In this document: piece after piece, positions 13,204 to 26,500 of the stretch
Layout of the letters: each line of letters opens with the position of its first letter
Position numbering within the stretch: position 1 is the first letter of the stretch
Assembly: GCA_000934665.2 (NCBI GenBank)
Contig: JYFJ02000072.1
Coordinates: forward strand, 62,001-126,000
From: Catajapyx aquilonaris
Lineage: Eukaryota
DNA length: 64,000 nucleotides
Direction: 5' to 3'
Position numbers and translations under genes: made by a program
The notes under the pieces: generated by a model
Seen by the model: the letters and a program-made list of their open reading frames with translations, nothing else
Database searches by the model: none
What the model was told of the DNA's origin: nothing

Positions 13204-14733
13204 ATGGTGGATGCAGCAGAGAAAGAAGCAAGTGAAGTACTTCACTCCCTCCTGGCTGTGGAGCGCATAGAGAAGCCTACAGGTACCAACCAATTAGTGA
13301 ACAGTACAGCTGTAGTTTCTTCTGAGATGACTTCACTGGATCCAGCCCACTCCAAAGTAGGGGACGATGAATGGCATCAATCATTCCCTCCACGTTCTCT
13401 GGAGCAGCCATCCTTTCCAACACAAGAGCAAATGACATGGGACAACCACGTGAATCCAGAATTTGATGTTGCAGCACCAAGTGATGGAGAGGTTCCCCAA
13501 GACAACCAGGAGCCATCAAATCCTACTACATCACCTAAGAAAAAGAAGCGAAAACTGGCTGACCTGGTGGCTGCAGGGTTTGACCCAACCAAACTGGAGG
13601 ACAATCCAGAACAGGTAAAGGAGCGATTCACACAAGGATGTGAGTGCCAGGAGGACAACTGCTTCAAAGGAATGAACCCAGAGTTTGTGTATCGCCATCG
13701 TCTCAACATTGCAGAGCTAACAAAGGCAGAGCATGACATGTATCTGATGGGGGTGACCATGGCTTGCCTTGCAAATCCAGAAGAGACTGTTAGGCACAGG
13801 GAACGGAAAAGGTTGCGTGCCCGGTATGTATTCCAAGGGAAAGAAGTGTGCCTAGATGCATTCTTGTATCTTGAGAACTGCACTCACTACCAGCTAAAAC
13901 GCATCCGGAAGCATGTGATGACCCATGGAGTGACCCCAAGGATACATGGGAACCATGGAAAGAAGCCACACAACACTTTCTCTTTGGACATATATCAGCA
14001 TACTACTGCCTTTCTGCAGCATTACATACGAACATCAGTGTTAAATTCTGGAAGTGGCAGTCACGGCCAGCTGGGAAACAAGACTGGAAAAGTTGGACCA
14101 GGACATAAGGGTAAAAGTGCAGTGGTGAACCTTCCACAGGATGTTACAAGAAAGAAGATACATGTGGCATATCGCCAGTATTGTGCTCAGTTTGAACCCT
14201 CCATCAAAGTGATGGGCTACTCCAGCTTCCGGCATTTTATGAAAGAGCAGTTTCCAAATGTGAGATTTGCCAAAACTGAGCCCGGGAAGAGTGGAGTTGC
14301 AGGATCTGCTGGCGTCAGTGCAGGAGCTGGAGAAAATGCTCCAGTTTCCACCACCTCCACACCAGCTTCAGCCACAGTGTTGCCACCAACATCGCCCAAG
14401 TCAACCTTACCTACCATTCCCAACACTAGTGCAACCATCATACAGCAAGTGGCAATACCAGTTGTAGTTACAGCTACTAGTAGTGGTTCAGCAAGCCAGC
14501 AAGGACAAATTCAAACAGCAACTCAAGTGACAGCAAGTAGTGGGACTTACAGTCAGCCTGCTTTTGTAGTGACTCCTTTGTCACACTTGACATTGACTCA
14601 ATCTGAACAGGTGGGTTTTCCAACATGTCAGCTGCAACAGGTTGCTGCTGTGTATCATCACCAACCAGCCCAGATGACCATGGCTGTCACCAATGCTCCA
14701 TCCCACGCCAATTATGTCTTCCCATCTCTCTGA
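13204..14733 (+). CDS. Intronless 509-aa protein, probable domesticated Sola-type transposase N-terminal (Cys/His, DNA-binding) region with an S/T/Q-rich tail
   Basis: Uninterrupted ORF. Acceptor TCTTGGCAG sits just upstream of the ATG and AATAAA is at 14855. NLS-like PKKKKRK. The core CECQEDNC...YVFQGKEVCLDAFLYL...RIRKH...PRIHGNHGKKPHN...LPQDVTRKKIH..Y...C...F..FMKEQFPNVRF matches the layout I recall for Sola-like transposase N-termini. No DDD/E domain follows. Confidence 0.85.
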   Translation: MVDAAEKEASEVLHSLLAVERIEKPTGTNQLVNSTAVVSSEMTSLDPAHSKVGDDEWHQSFPPRSLEQPSFPTQEQMTWDNHVNPEFDVAAPSDGEVPQDNQEPSNPTTSPKKKKRKLADLVAAGFDPTKLEDNPEQVKERFTQGCECQEDNCFKGMNPEFVYRHRLNIAELTKAEHDMYLMGVTMACLANPEETVRHRERKRLRARYVFQGKEVCLDAFLYLENCTHYQLKRIRKHVMTHGVTPRIHGNHGKKPHNTFSLDIYQHTTAFLQHYIRTSVLNSGSGSHGQLGNKTGKVGPGHKGKSAVVNLPQDVTRKKIHVAYRQYCAQFEPSIKVMGYSSFRHFMKEQFPNVRFAKTEPGKSGVAGSAGVSAGAGENAPVSTTSTPASATVLPPTSPKSTLPTIPNTSATIIQQVAIPVVVTATSSGSASQQGQIQTATQVTASSGTYSQPAFVVTPLSHLTLTQSEQVGFPTCQLQQVAAVYHHQPAQMTMAVTNAPSHANYVFPSL

Positions 14734-14909
14734 TGATAGTTGACTCAAATATTGAGGTGTGTTTATTTCACTTGTCTTAGGTTGAAGGTGTCCCAAACAT
14801 GTGTCTTCATAAATGATTGGCGAAAGTGCTTGGGGTAACTTAAGAGGTCTGATTAATAAATAGCCAGTTTTTTTTGTGTGTGGGATATATATATATTTTT
14901 AAAAAAAAG

Positions 14910-15075
14910 CAGTTGAATCCGGATATAAGGGACGTCAGGGGACCATGGAAGTCATTATCTTATAACTGAGTCTGAGATTTCGTATATCCAAATACACAGT
15001 CTTTATGGAAGTATACTGGAAGGCCTTTCGAGTTGGCTATAACTGAGATTTGCTTATAGCTGAGGTTGCTATGTG
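14910..15075. mobile_element. Truncated pogo/Tigger-like MITE, related to the copy at 15433
   Basis: Begins CAGTTGAATCCGGATATAA and shares GGGAC, TTATGGAAGTAT and TTATAGCTGAGG blocks with 15433-15619. The right end is missing. Confidence 0.55.
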
Positions 15076-15432
15076 CAGCTCCATGATTGGTTGTATGAAA
15101 GGAGATAAAATGGACAGCTTTCATACCTGAAATTGCTGGTAACCTGGATGAGTCAAATTTTGAGCCCAGAAAAAGAAGTAAGCTTCTACAAAAAATTTCT
15201 ATTCCAGTCAGAAAGTTTTCAATTGGCTTGGAAAAAAAATCTACAATTTTGGCTCAGGACCTTTTGCACAGAGTTGACACCAAGTTATAATTTGACACAA
15301 GTTATTCTTGGTATTTAAAATTTTGCTATCCATCAGCAGCACTTACGTTCTTATTGACAAATTTTGTGCCGGCCCAAAGGAGAACATTTTTCAGTTCAGA
15401 ATCTTATTACCATCTGGACTTGTTTCTAAGTG

Positions 15433-15619
15433 CAGTAAACGCTGGGTATAACAGACTTCAAGGGACTGCAGAAATCAGTCTGTTATAACCAAGGTCTGTT
15501 AAAGCTAAATACATAGGACCTTATGGAAGTATGGCAGGGCCAGCCTTTCAAGTCTGCTACAACCAAGAATCTGTTATAGCTGAGGCTGTGTGTCAGGATG
15601 TTATATCCAGAGTCAACTG
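15433..15619. mobile_element. pogo/Tigger-like MITE
   Basis: CAGTAAACGCTGGGTATAAC ... GTTATATCCAGAGTCAACTG|TA imperfect TIRs, with internal GTTATA repeats. Confidence 0.65.
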
Positions 15620-15892
15620 TATTCTGCCTATCAGAAATTAATTTCACTCTAAATGCTTAGTATGCGTGTTTGTCCTAAATTGTTTTGACTATATCATGAA
15701 CCAATTTTGCCTTCAAGCAAATTTCCAGTTATATCAATAGGCCCAATTTTTCATTGGTGGAAAGTGGCCTTTAAGTAGACACACTTCCTAAAATGGTGGT
15801 AGAGATAATGCACTTTGTGAATGGTTTTAATTGCCCTGAGATTTTAGATTGTTTGGTGTGCACTCTAATGAATGCTGGTTTGTGACCCAACC

Positions 15893-16150
15893 ACACTGGG
15901 GAGAATTTTTGGCATGGAGAGCCGCTGCTAATTCTAGGCAGCTATTATTTCTCACTCCTTTGTCAGTGATGTCAAAACCAGTAGTATGAATTGGCAGCTG
16001 TAATTTGCAGAGAGTAAATTAAATGATGTCAGAAAGTTGCAGTCACCATTTGATACCACTGGTTTTGACGTTAACTGACTCGTGAGAGAACAACAGTGAG
16101 AGCTGTTTGTAATTTTTAGCTGCTTGGTGTGCCAGAATTTCTGCCCATTG
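15893..16150. mobile_element. Degenerate hairpin/MITE
   Basis: Inner arms GTCAGTGATGTCAAAACCAGTAGTAT and ATACCACTGGTTTTGACGTTAACTGAC are complementary. Outer arms AGAATTTTTGGCA and TGCCAGAATTTCT pair imperfectly. Confidence 0.55.
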
Positions 16151-16872
16151 CAGCTGGGGCCTTGGTGCTACCATTTCATGTTGATCCTGAATTCCCATAT
16201 ATTCTGGAAAAATGGCTGTTGCCCAATTCCCTCCTTTCTGTAATGTGAATTGAATTGAATTTCAGGATGTATAGTATAAAAAGAGTCAGGTGTTTTTTAT
16301 ATTGCATATTAATCTTACACAACATTAGCATGTGTTTCTCACATCTGTATAATGGTTGTGAATGCTGATGCGTCAAATTGGTCGAATAAGAGTCTGTCAG
16401 AAGAACCAGTAACAAACCCACCTCACATGCAACTCCTGTGACATGCTTGCCTCTCTCACTCAGGGTCTAATTGGGCTTATGTGCATAAGCAATATTTCCA
16501 CCAGTACAGATGCAAGCTAATTTCCAAAATACACAGTATATTATACGAAACTGCATAGTTTTAATATGGGTATCGACAATTATAAGTAGGCCTACTTGTA
16601 GTTTCCCTTTTTCCATCAAAATATGTGAATCCTTAGCAAAAAGTAAAGGGAAATGTTCAGGATTTCATTTTCCCATTTTTTACTGTAATTTTTATCAGTA
16701 GGTGTGCCTGAATGTGACATTCTATGAAAATTGTACATATCAATGTTATCACTGCAATACAGTACTGCAATGTGCCTTATCTTCAATATGCTGAGAATTT
16801 TATGCAATTAAGTTCACACCAAAGTGAAACATTGTTTATAACAGTGAAATTGGCATATTATGCATAAATTGA

Positions 16873-17893
16873 AGGGTTTGGTGCAAAAACTGGATAAGAG
16901 AGTCCACCTTTGGCTGAAAATGAGTTCTGCCACCTTGGGGCCATTCTGTATTTTTAAAAATACAAAAATCAGACCTGGCATGTAGTCCACTGAGGAAATA
17001 TAGCCCTCCCAAGTGACAGTGTAAGGGTGCAGCGTGCACGCTGCGTTTTCGCCCTCTACTAGGGGGTGAAATTCTAAAAGGTGGTACCTAGACTTTTGGG
17101 AAACATGAAGCACACATTTCACGCTTCATTTTGAGTGCCATTCAGAAAATCTCAAAAATAGCGAACTTTGAATTATATTAAAATCAAAATTTCGCCACCA
17201 TCTTGAAATCGAAATATATTATTCCTGCTATTTTTAACGAGATTCTTCCAAAATCACGTATCACATTTAGATTCACTTGAGAGGTTCAGAAGGTACAGGC
17301 CTCCATTGAAAGCCCTGACAGCTTCAAATGCGTTCAAATTTGGGTGAAAAATCGCAGTTATATACCCTGTAGTTTTGCAACCACCTGTCATAGGGAGACG
17401 AAATCTCGGTTCTCTACATACAACAACGCTACTACAAACCTCTGAATTTTGGTCGAAATCGGAAAATATTTGTCGGAAAAGTGGTCCTAGCTGTGGGGAT
17501 TGATGTAAGTCACGAAAGTGCAGTATACGGCTGAACAGAGTGATGAGTCTGATGATGAATGAGGTGATGAGTTTGTATCACTATGTATGCCTATAATTCA
17601 GGAAAAAAGTTTGTTCATGCTCATAAGAGTCATAACACACCAAAAAATTTATTTGGACATGTCTGGTTCTCATTCAGTCCAAAAACAAGACATGTCCACA
17701 TTCTATTCTACTGTAGCATGTGTAATATGCATAATACAAACTTCATACTTGGATGCATGTTGACTTTGGTATCAACCCTATTAAACAAAAAAGTATAATT
17801 AGAAACATTTTAAAAATTTGCCAGAAATTCAGTTTTTCTTTGTTTTCTCGAAAGTAACAAAAGTGGACTTATCCTGTTTTTGCACCAAACCCT
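16873..17893. mobile_element. Non-autonomous DNA transposon, ~1 kb, Kolobok-like
   Basis: TIRs AGGGTTTGGTGCAAAAACTGGATAAG..AGTCCAC and GTGGACTTATCCTGTTTTTGCACCAAACCCT. Flanks TTGA and TTAA suggest a degenerate TTAA TSD with AG...CT termini. No transposase ORF is recognisable. Confidence 0.7.
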
Positions 17894-20800
17894 TTAATTA
17901 CTATTGTAGTCCTGAGATAAGTGTGAGGCAGGGTGGGCCAAAATTCCTGCCATTCCCTTGTAACATCCATACTACTACAGGTAGGACAATGAATCAAGTT
18001 TACATGTTGCTGCAAAATTAAAATGGTGTAGGGGAGTGCCATTGCAAGTATCATATTGCATTACAAAGATGACATTTCCATCAGGCAATGAATAAGAAAT
18101 GGATCTACATAATTCAAGTTATTGATTCGTGGTCTTATGACTCCTCATCTGTAGGGTCTGGCAGGACGTTTGGCCGATTCTGAACAGTACCGGTGTGAAA
18201 TAGCAACTGTCTTCCTTTTCATCAATGGTGCATTTCTTTTAGCAAAGGGGTACTCACTCCCTTGCATACACCTGCATACCGGAATATCTACTTATGTTCC
18301 TTGTTCCAGTTTGGATTGACACCATTTTTATTGCCACTTTTATTGTCATGTGCTTACTAATGACAACACAGGTGTTGCAAATCTGATTACATATCTGGCG
18401 TAATTGTGCAGGCCACTCATAGTGTACAATCACAATCAGAATAAGTTCTCCTTTGATTGCTACATGCATTTATTGAATTACTAAATTGTAAACAGATTTG
18501 GACACCTTGTGGGAGTTGACCCACAGTCCGTTTAGAGTGCCTCTGTATGATAAGGGAAAGTGCAAAAAATAACAATTTGCCAGAGGAAGGAACTTGTTAT
18601 TGATACATTTCTTCAAATTGTGTACAAATGATAATGAAGATTTTATGTGACATTTTAATTGTTGTTTTTCACTACTTTTCACCCGCAACCATCCAATATC
18701 CAGTACTGATTGTGCACATCTTCAGGATGAATAGGGGTATTACCCCCCGATTTCTCTTTGTCTGCAGATAATTTAATCTCCGAACTACGACCTACTTGGC
18801 CAGAAGTGGCTGAAACTCCCTTATTATCTACATGCGTAGAGTATCGGGATGAGTGCCAGCATATACACTGCACTGTACCACTTTCTCGACGCCTGCAGGA
18901 TTCTGCAGTACGTCGCATCCCTGTACCCCAGTTCTGTACCCTTTCAGTACATTTCCTGAGAACAAGATTCGATTACAGCGGGCATTGCGCTTTACCTTGT
19001 GTCCGCCAGAACGCACCGTCTCTCGGCAGAGGTGACTCGAGCGGTACTCGCAGGAACTTCCAGTACAATCTTTTTGTGGCTCCGCGGCTCCTCTGCAGGA
19101 ATCGTTGGCATGTTGAACGAGCGGGGAACGGGGGGTTGGTGAGGGAATGATGTTTAGTAGGGTGGGTGGGAAGCAAAAAATATTGACTCCCCTCTTTCCC
19201 CCACCTTCCCTCCTAACCCTTCCCTCGGTGGCCATGCGGGACCTGTACCAGTCGTCAGTGCGCTGGTGCAGTGTGTGTGTGCTTACCATTTTGAGTGGTC
19301 TGCTAAACTATTACCCGGAATATATGGCCGAGAGGTGTGTAGCCAGATAAGTGGTGACCTCGCACTAGATTATCCGCATTGTTTGAACAAGGCGCTCAAC
19401 ACATGACCTCTCATACGTGAGAGGTTAATTAAATTCTTAGTCGATGTGAGGACGCTTTTTGAGAGCGTCGTAATTGTAGGCACGCGAGGACAAAACGCAC
19501 GAAACGATTTTTTTGGCGGGTCAAGTTCTGGTTCGGTAATTAATCGGTGTTGATGAGATTACCAGACACTGTCACACTTAATTGGGGTGGACGACCCTAT
19601 TATTGTACTGTATGTATATTTGTGTTAATCGGAGGATTCTCTGCCAACTGTAATTGCCGGTCTTATCTACTTCCGCTTTCTTGTGTTTACCACTTGGAAA
19701 ATAAACGGAACTTTTACCGTCCCGTTACCTGGACTTGATCGATCCTGGTGTTTTCAACCGGCAGATTCGATTCTGGGGGTGATTAATGCGGATGCTGGGA
19801 TAGTATGGCCACGGAAATTAATCTTCTTTTCGTCAAACATAAGGGTTGGTCTTCGACCCCACGCTTGGCAGGTGAATGCACCCAATGCACCTTTTTTTTT
19901 TTTTCGTGATGGGTGTGGCCGGTACACATGCCGACATGCTCATCGTTTTGGGGAGGTGGTAATTGCAGAGTTTCAATAAGAAAGACTCACGTGTTTGGCA
20001 GCCCTCTCACGTGGAAGGTCGTATTTATTCAGACGTTACGTCATGCTAACGACGGGTGAAGGCTCTTGTCAATCTGCGTGCAAAAAAAAAAAAAAAAAAA
20101 GGACGACATTGTCGCCTGCGATATTGCTACGGCCTAATTATGGCTAGCTCGTGACTCGACTTTTACTCCCAATTAACGTGGCATATATGGGCTAAACTGC
20201 GCTTGACATCAACGGTGCGACAATATGGCCACCAGGCGTTTCGTAAATAAATAATAACAAAAGTCGCGTTTTTTTCATGCTTAAAATCATTTTTCCTGCT
20301 TAAAATATGGGCAGAACATTTTTCCAAAATTCAATTTGGGTATTCAGAGTTGATAAGGAGTGAAGGAACCATCGCATGCCGGGAAGTCCTGGCCGGATGG
20401 CGTGGTGTCTCGATTTTAGCCCGTGTGCCCCCTAATGCTTATTAGATGCTGAGGAAGGAAGCGGAAATGGTGTGTTTTTGACCTTCAAAGAGGGAACCGT
20501 AAAGTTTTGAGGATATGATTTGTGCGTCTTCCGCACAAGTAATTGCGAGGAAACACACGGAATAAAAAACCGCGCGTGCCTGTAGCAGGTTCTCAAACTT
20601 TATGTGTAGAAATATCAACAAAAACAGGCGGAAGTGGAGCAAAACCCGCTTATTTATGGCAAGTTCATGGGCCAAGTTGGTTGAAAATAGTTCGATTCCC
20701 TTCTTAGATAGGCACATTGGCGACTATTATTTTTAGGGCGACAATTTTTGGGGGATCCTAGAATTAAAACCGAGACCAGTCACTGAGAGTGATGTGCAGT

Positions 20801-23555
20801 AGCGCAGTGCTTGTGGGAGGGCTTGCGGTCTCGGGCTCAGTCGGGCTCTAGACCATCTCCAGTGGTGGTCGCGTTTTCGTTCCGGGGGATTAAGATCCGG
20901 GTTTTGAAATTAGTGCTTCTTGCATATGGAAATGAGGTAAGTTGCATATAAGTTGTATCAAAATTTTTGTGATTCTGTACGGATGACCGTTAATGTATCC
21001 TATGTTAGCACCTGGCCAGCAGCTGCCGATCATCACCTGCCCTTTAAAAAAAATTTGGGGAGCAGCCTCACATGTATGGCATATGGTATATCAGGTTAAC
21101 CCCACCCGTAGCCATTTGTGACCTTTCCCCATACGCCGCATCGTGTATCATACAGATAATTGAGGATGAACTTGTTTGAGCAGCGGACTCAAAATCCTGG
21201 GTAATAGAACCGGACTGACAGTTATGTTGGCACACATCTGCTTAGTATGTGCGTGCTTAACCTGACAAAAATCGTAATGTGACCCTAGTCTACACATATG
21301 TTTAGCAAGGATGTGTTTTTCTGGGACCAATGTGCACTCGGTATTTTTGGTGGGTGCGAGGCCATGTCCCCCTGCAAAGTTTTTCTTTTTGTGTCTTGGC
21401 TGATGTGTGTTGGGAAGGAAGGAAAAAAGAAAAAAGTGTTGAAGATTTTTGGGGAGCTTGCATCCCGAGGACGTGAGTGGGATGCGGAACTTGGGACCGA
21501 AGAACACACAAATCATCTTCAACTTTGCAGGCACGTTTTATTGATCGATAAAAAAGTCAGCCACCTCACATCCTCTGATAAAAAAACAATGTGCAATTCA
21601 CTTATTTGGTGTCAAGACTATAGGTACGAATCTGGAGTAAGTGGGGACAGTTTCGGTCTTGTAATTTTTACAGGTGCAATACACAATTTTCTGCTTTTTC
21701 GACTTATGAATTGCGGCTTAAGTGTCGGAAAAAGAGGGTCAAGGTGTACCAAGATGCACACCTTGTAACTATTTCTGGTCGGGTACACGTAATCATAATG
21801 GGCGCTTCACACACGCTAAAACAAGCGGCGTCCTTTTAATTCAATACCTCTTTATATAATGTGTGTATTGTTTATTACACAACAGTTGCATGTGCTTCCT
21901 GCTGAAGTATTATATGGTGCAGCAGCCCAGTGCAGTATGACATAATGTGTCCTTTATTGCGACCTCTTTATCAATCGGGCTGAACTGATCACGATACCGA
22001 AACGTTGGACAGTTTTTATTAACTGGTTTGAAATTTTGAGGAAAAGTGGCACATTTCCGTGTTAATTGTCCTCCTAATTGCTATTTCTTCAACCGACATT
22101 TCAAGTCTGGAATTGTTCGTTTTATTGTCTCAGTTTGTGAATATTGCGGGTGGAGCGAATATTTTTCAAGTTTTATGGTCATGAACTCTAGGTCACACAG
22201 CACATTTTTATATCATTAACGATCCGGTGTGGAATTTAGCTTATTGTTACACCTGCATTCAGGGGTTTGGGACAACCGTCGGCACGTGGGTATTGATCTG
22301 GCCTTCTATCGATTGACTATACTGTAGAATGTGGTTGGCAAAGGGAAAAGGGGGGTGGAGAGGAACGCACAGGTAGGAAGATACCCCTTTTAGGGCCAAT
22401 TATGGCACTTCTCCAAAGAAAAGGGAATCTAAGCAGAAGCTTCCTGTGGGGTTGATGGGGGTCAACCATTAGCGAAAAGGTCATATTCGCAAATGTCGTC
22501 ATCCGTTCCACTATATAAAGGATGTCCTCGATTTTTTTTTTTAATAACAAAAATTTGTAGCCATTGGTCGTGTCTTATTGCGACCGACTTCTTTTTTCGT
22601 CACAACTTTTTTTACAGTTATGTCAAGTCGTGATATGAACAATTCTGACCGCCTTTTGTGATGGGTAGGATTGTCTCGATTTGGCTGGCGGAAGTGCAAG
22701 TGCGAAAGGAAGCGGAACGGAATGTGTCTTCGTTTTTCCCGCTGGAGGCGATGAAAAGGGCTATGGAACACTAGATCCGAGCTTCATTTCCACACCATCG
22801 CACCCGACTGTTACCACTGCATCGACCTGGCTGCTCCATCATTCTCATCACATGTTCAGGAAACCTTAGCATTGGAAGAACCCTACAATATTTGCTCTCA
22901 GGAAAAAAGGGGGGAATTTCCCACCGGTATCACAAAATTAGGTTATAAAAGTGTGCGAGCTTGGAATTTGAATTGGGCTTGATATTCAGAGGCTTACGTT
23001 AAGACTTCTGAGACGCCATTCAATTTAGCGACAATGGGATTTTGGGGAATCCCTGTTCAGTTCCGCATCTGTTCCCGTCAGATGGATATTAGCAAGGGAG
23101 ACAGTCGGACAGATTTTACACCTGCTGGGATTAGCTGTGGGTACTGGACCACCCGGTGATCCCATCTGTATTCACAATGGGCACTCAGGATTCGAACCTT
23201 TAAAAAAAAAAAAAGGGTGATATACTGTAGGGGGATGGGACTTTCCACGGTCTGGTTACCAAATCACCAAAAAACGTGTGTGTCCCTTAGGATAAAGTTG
23301 GGCGCGAAAGAGATAAAGACCGTTATCTGGAGCTAGATAGTAAGTGGCAGGCACTTGGCGGGGGATGTTGCACTTTCAGCATGCAAATCTGGGGGAGTTT
23401 GCAGTATTAGGTCTGGATTTTGGGGGCCATTAGAGCACAAAGCTGGTGTCAATTCTTATCTGGGAGTATTTGCTTCTTGTTGGGTCGTTTTCAGGGAGGG
23501 AGGTGTTGTTACAGTTATTTGTGTTATTGAGGGAGATCTTTACTTGTCGTTGCAG

Positions 23556-26500
23556 ATGACGGAATGGACGACTCCAACAGTGCCCTCTCTGTGCGAGACG
23601 TGGCTGATTTGCTGTATGCTCGGTATGCCATCCTCAGCGGTAAGTTGGTTGCATTTCTAAATATGCCAGCATGAGTCAAAAACTTTGTACTGATATGTTT
23701 CGATTGAAGACTCTTATATGATAAGGGTGATAACACAGCACATACCAGTCATATCTTTTGCACTACAAAATTGAACAGCATGAAAGATTTCAAGAAATGC
23801 TATGTAAAAAAAGTGTTGTAATTTTCAAACTAGGAAAAGGAAATGGCATTAAGAGATGTCATTTATTTATTGCGTAATTGACTAGCCCTGCCGCAAGGAA
23901 ATCTGAGAATGATGATTGCAAATGTATATGCTGAATATGACCCTCCCGTCATATAAAGTGAGGAAAAATGCTTTATCACTGCAGAGTTTACTTTTTCAGT
24001 AACCTGTAATATCTTGAGTGGAGAAAATGCTTTCTGCACATAGCTCGTCTGTCAATAAGGACAGGCAATGTAAATATGTAACATCACGTGAGGGTGACTC
24101 CTATTCTTTAATTACACTTGCAGGTGGGAAATCCAGAGACGGCTGCCCTATCATTACATTCCCAGACTATGGGAACTTTTACAACCTGAGCGACGAGGAT
24201 TATCGGAGACTTATGACTTATCTTACCTCAGTGCCAGCGTATGTGAATTTGTTAATAGCTCCTTACTACAAAGATTATGAAGTGTAGGCTATTGTTGACC
24301 ATGTCGTTATTTTGCTTCACAGGTTAGAAGATTCAGATCTGGGTTTTGTTTTAATCATAGACAGGCGAAGTGACAAATGGAATTCTGTCAAAACTGTCCT
24401 GCTCAAAATCTCAGTAAGTTCTGAACTTTCAAAATCAAATTGAGGTTACAACCTGTGATTGAGATTGTCAAATTAACTGCTGAATTGTTTCAACAGGGGT
24501 ACTTTCCAGGCCTTATCCACATTATTTATGTCCTTCGACCAGCAGGGTTCTTTCAGAAGGCAATCTCGGAGGTTAGCAATAAGTTATTTAAGGAGGAATT
24601 CAAGTTTAGGGTGAGTGTAATTAAGTTTTTATTGCACCAATCCTTGTCTAATGAAGGGATGTGCCAGATTAAGATTGATGTACTTTTTATTGCAGGTAGT
24701 AGTCTGTAATTGTGTAGAAGAGCTACATGAGCATGTAGACAGGAATCAGTTGACCAAAGACCTGGATGGATGCATAGCTTACAACCATGAAATATGGATC
24801 GATCAAAGGCTGGTCAGTATTTACGATGCAATTTATTACAAGGGCAGCATGATGGAAATTTGTGCCAAAAATTGTGACATAAGTGATTGTGATGAACTGA
24901 TGATACAAATACATATGCATCCTCAAAAGTGCATCTGTAGCATATTCGTGATTACAGTGATTAGCCTATTTCCATTAATACCCTGACAAGATAAAGTTTA
25001 TTAACAGGAGATTAGTTTATTAATAGGAGATTAGTTTCTGAATTAATTAAGTTATTTGTATCATATTTTTGTAAATGATGTTTTTATATCCTCATTAAAG
25101 TTTCTCATTTGATAGTCTTAAAAATATAGCTACAGTGTACCCATGTGATTTTTTCTTCTCATAGAATTTTATTACTTTACCTATCATGATTGCATGGTCT
25201 TGCCTCAAGGCCATTGTTTGCAGTCTTTATAAGGTATATTTACCTGTTGGACCTCTTTGTCATTGTGGACAAATGACACTTGTCTTGGTTTTATAATGCG
25301 TCAGTATTTATAAAACAGCAATTTTGAGGAACTTTAATATGGTTTCACTCTTTGGTACTATAGAGAATTTTTCTGTCATAATTATATTCTGCTTCCAAGG
25401 TTAATAAAATGGCATATATTTTTTCCAGGCTGTGGAAAAGTTTTCAATCAACACTCACGAGATCTCTATGGCCTTACGGAACTACACCCAGCGGTTGCAG
25501 GAAACGGAATTCCCTAATGATGCAATTTCAACAGAGGAGCTCTTGCAGGTGCAAGTGAGTGCTTTTCTATATGGCACGTATTCGAATTTATGAGTTGAAA
25601 GCAGCTCACATCATATCTCACTTGCCAGGGCAATGAATACCGAGAGCTGAAGGAGGACCTGCACAGTGCCTCTCACCATGGAGAAGCCCTCCTGGAATAC
25701 ATCCGCAAGCCAGTCAAGGAAGGAGGGGAGTCATGCCCAGACAAGCTCATTAACGTCACCGCTATCGAGAGGTATCACTCTAATACTCCGGTTCAACTTG
25801 GTGGCTGTCCATGAATTATGTTACAGCCATCCTACATGCAGAGTTGTAGGCCTATATCACATGCTGATTTTACTTTTGTCGCTGTCTGTTCAAATTAGAA
25901 ACATGTACAATAAGGTCATGTCCTTATCAGATGGTTGTAAATCAACATGTTTAATTTTAGGCAAGGTTAATCTGGAAAGAAATAGTTTGTAATGTTTTCC
26001 TGTGAGGGAGTGTTGAAGCATGCCAAGGAGTGCAGTTAATGTGATTTATGGAGGGCCCTTTGCCTGTCTGTTTTTTAAAAATCCACATTTGGTTTGCCTG
26101 TGTACCATTTTGACAAAGTACAAAAGCGTGTTTGGTAGGTTGCTGCTGCAGCTGGAGGAGACAGAGAGGATGTTTGATGAATTTTGGCAGCAGCATGAGG
26201 GCAAGCTAAAGAGATGCCTGGAGTTGCGGAGGTTCGAGCAGGACTTCCGAGAGCTACAGTCCATCTTTGATATCAACCTCAGACGGCTGGCAGACATGAC
26301 AGAAGTGGGGGACTCAGTTGCCCACATTGATGCCTTACTCAAGGAAACTATGGTCTTCCAAGAGCAGTGCCTGGTGAGAATTTGCATTATTGCCAGTGTT
26401 CTATGAGTTCTTTTTCCATTGTTATAAAATCATTACTGTTTATTCAGTATTTGTTCCAAGCTACATTACAAGTCGAACTGAAGTGGTAATTACTTTGGGA

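Noticed and set aside
23186..23200. Pol III B-box-like GGTTCGAATCC on the minus strand
   Set aside because: No convincing A box or cloverleaf, and a poly-T run lies directly upstream. Not called tRNA or SINE.
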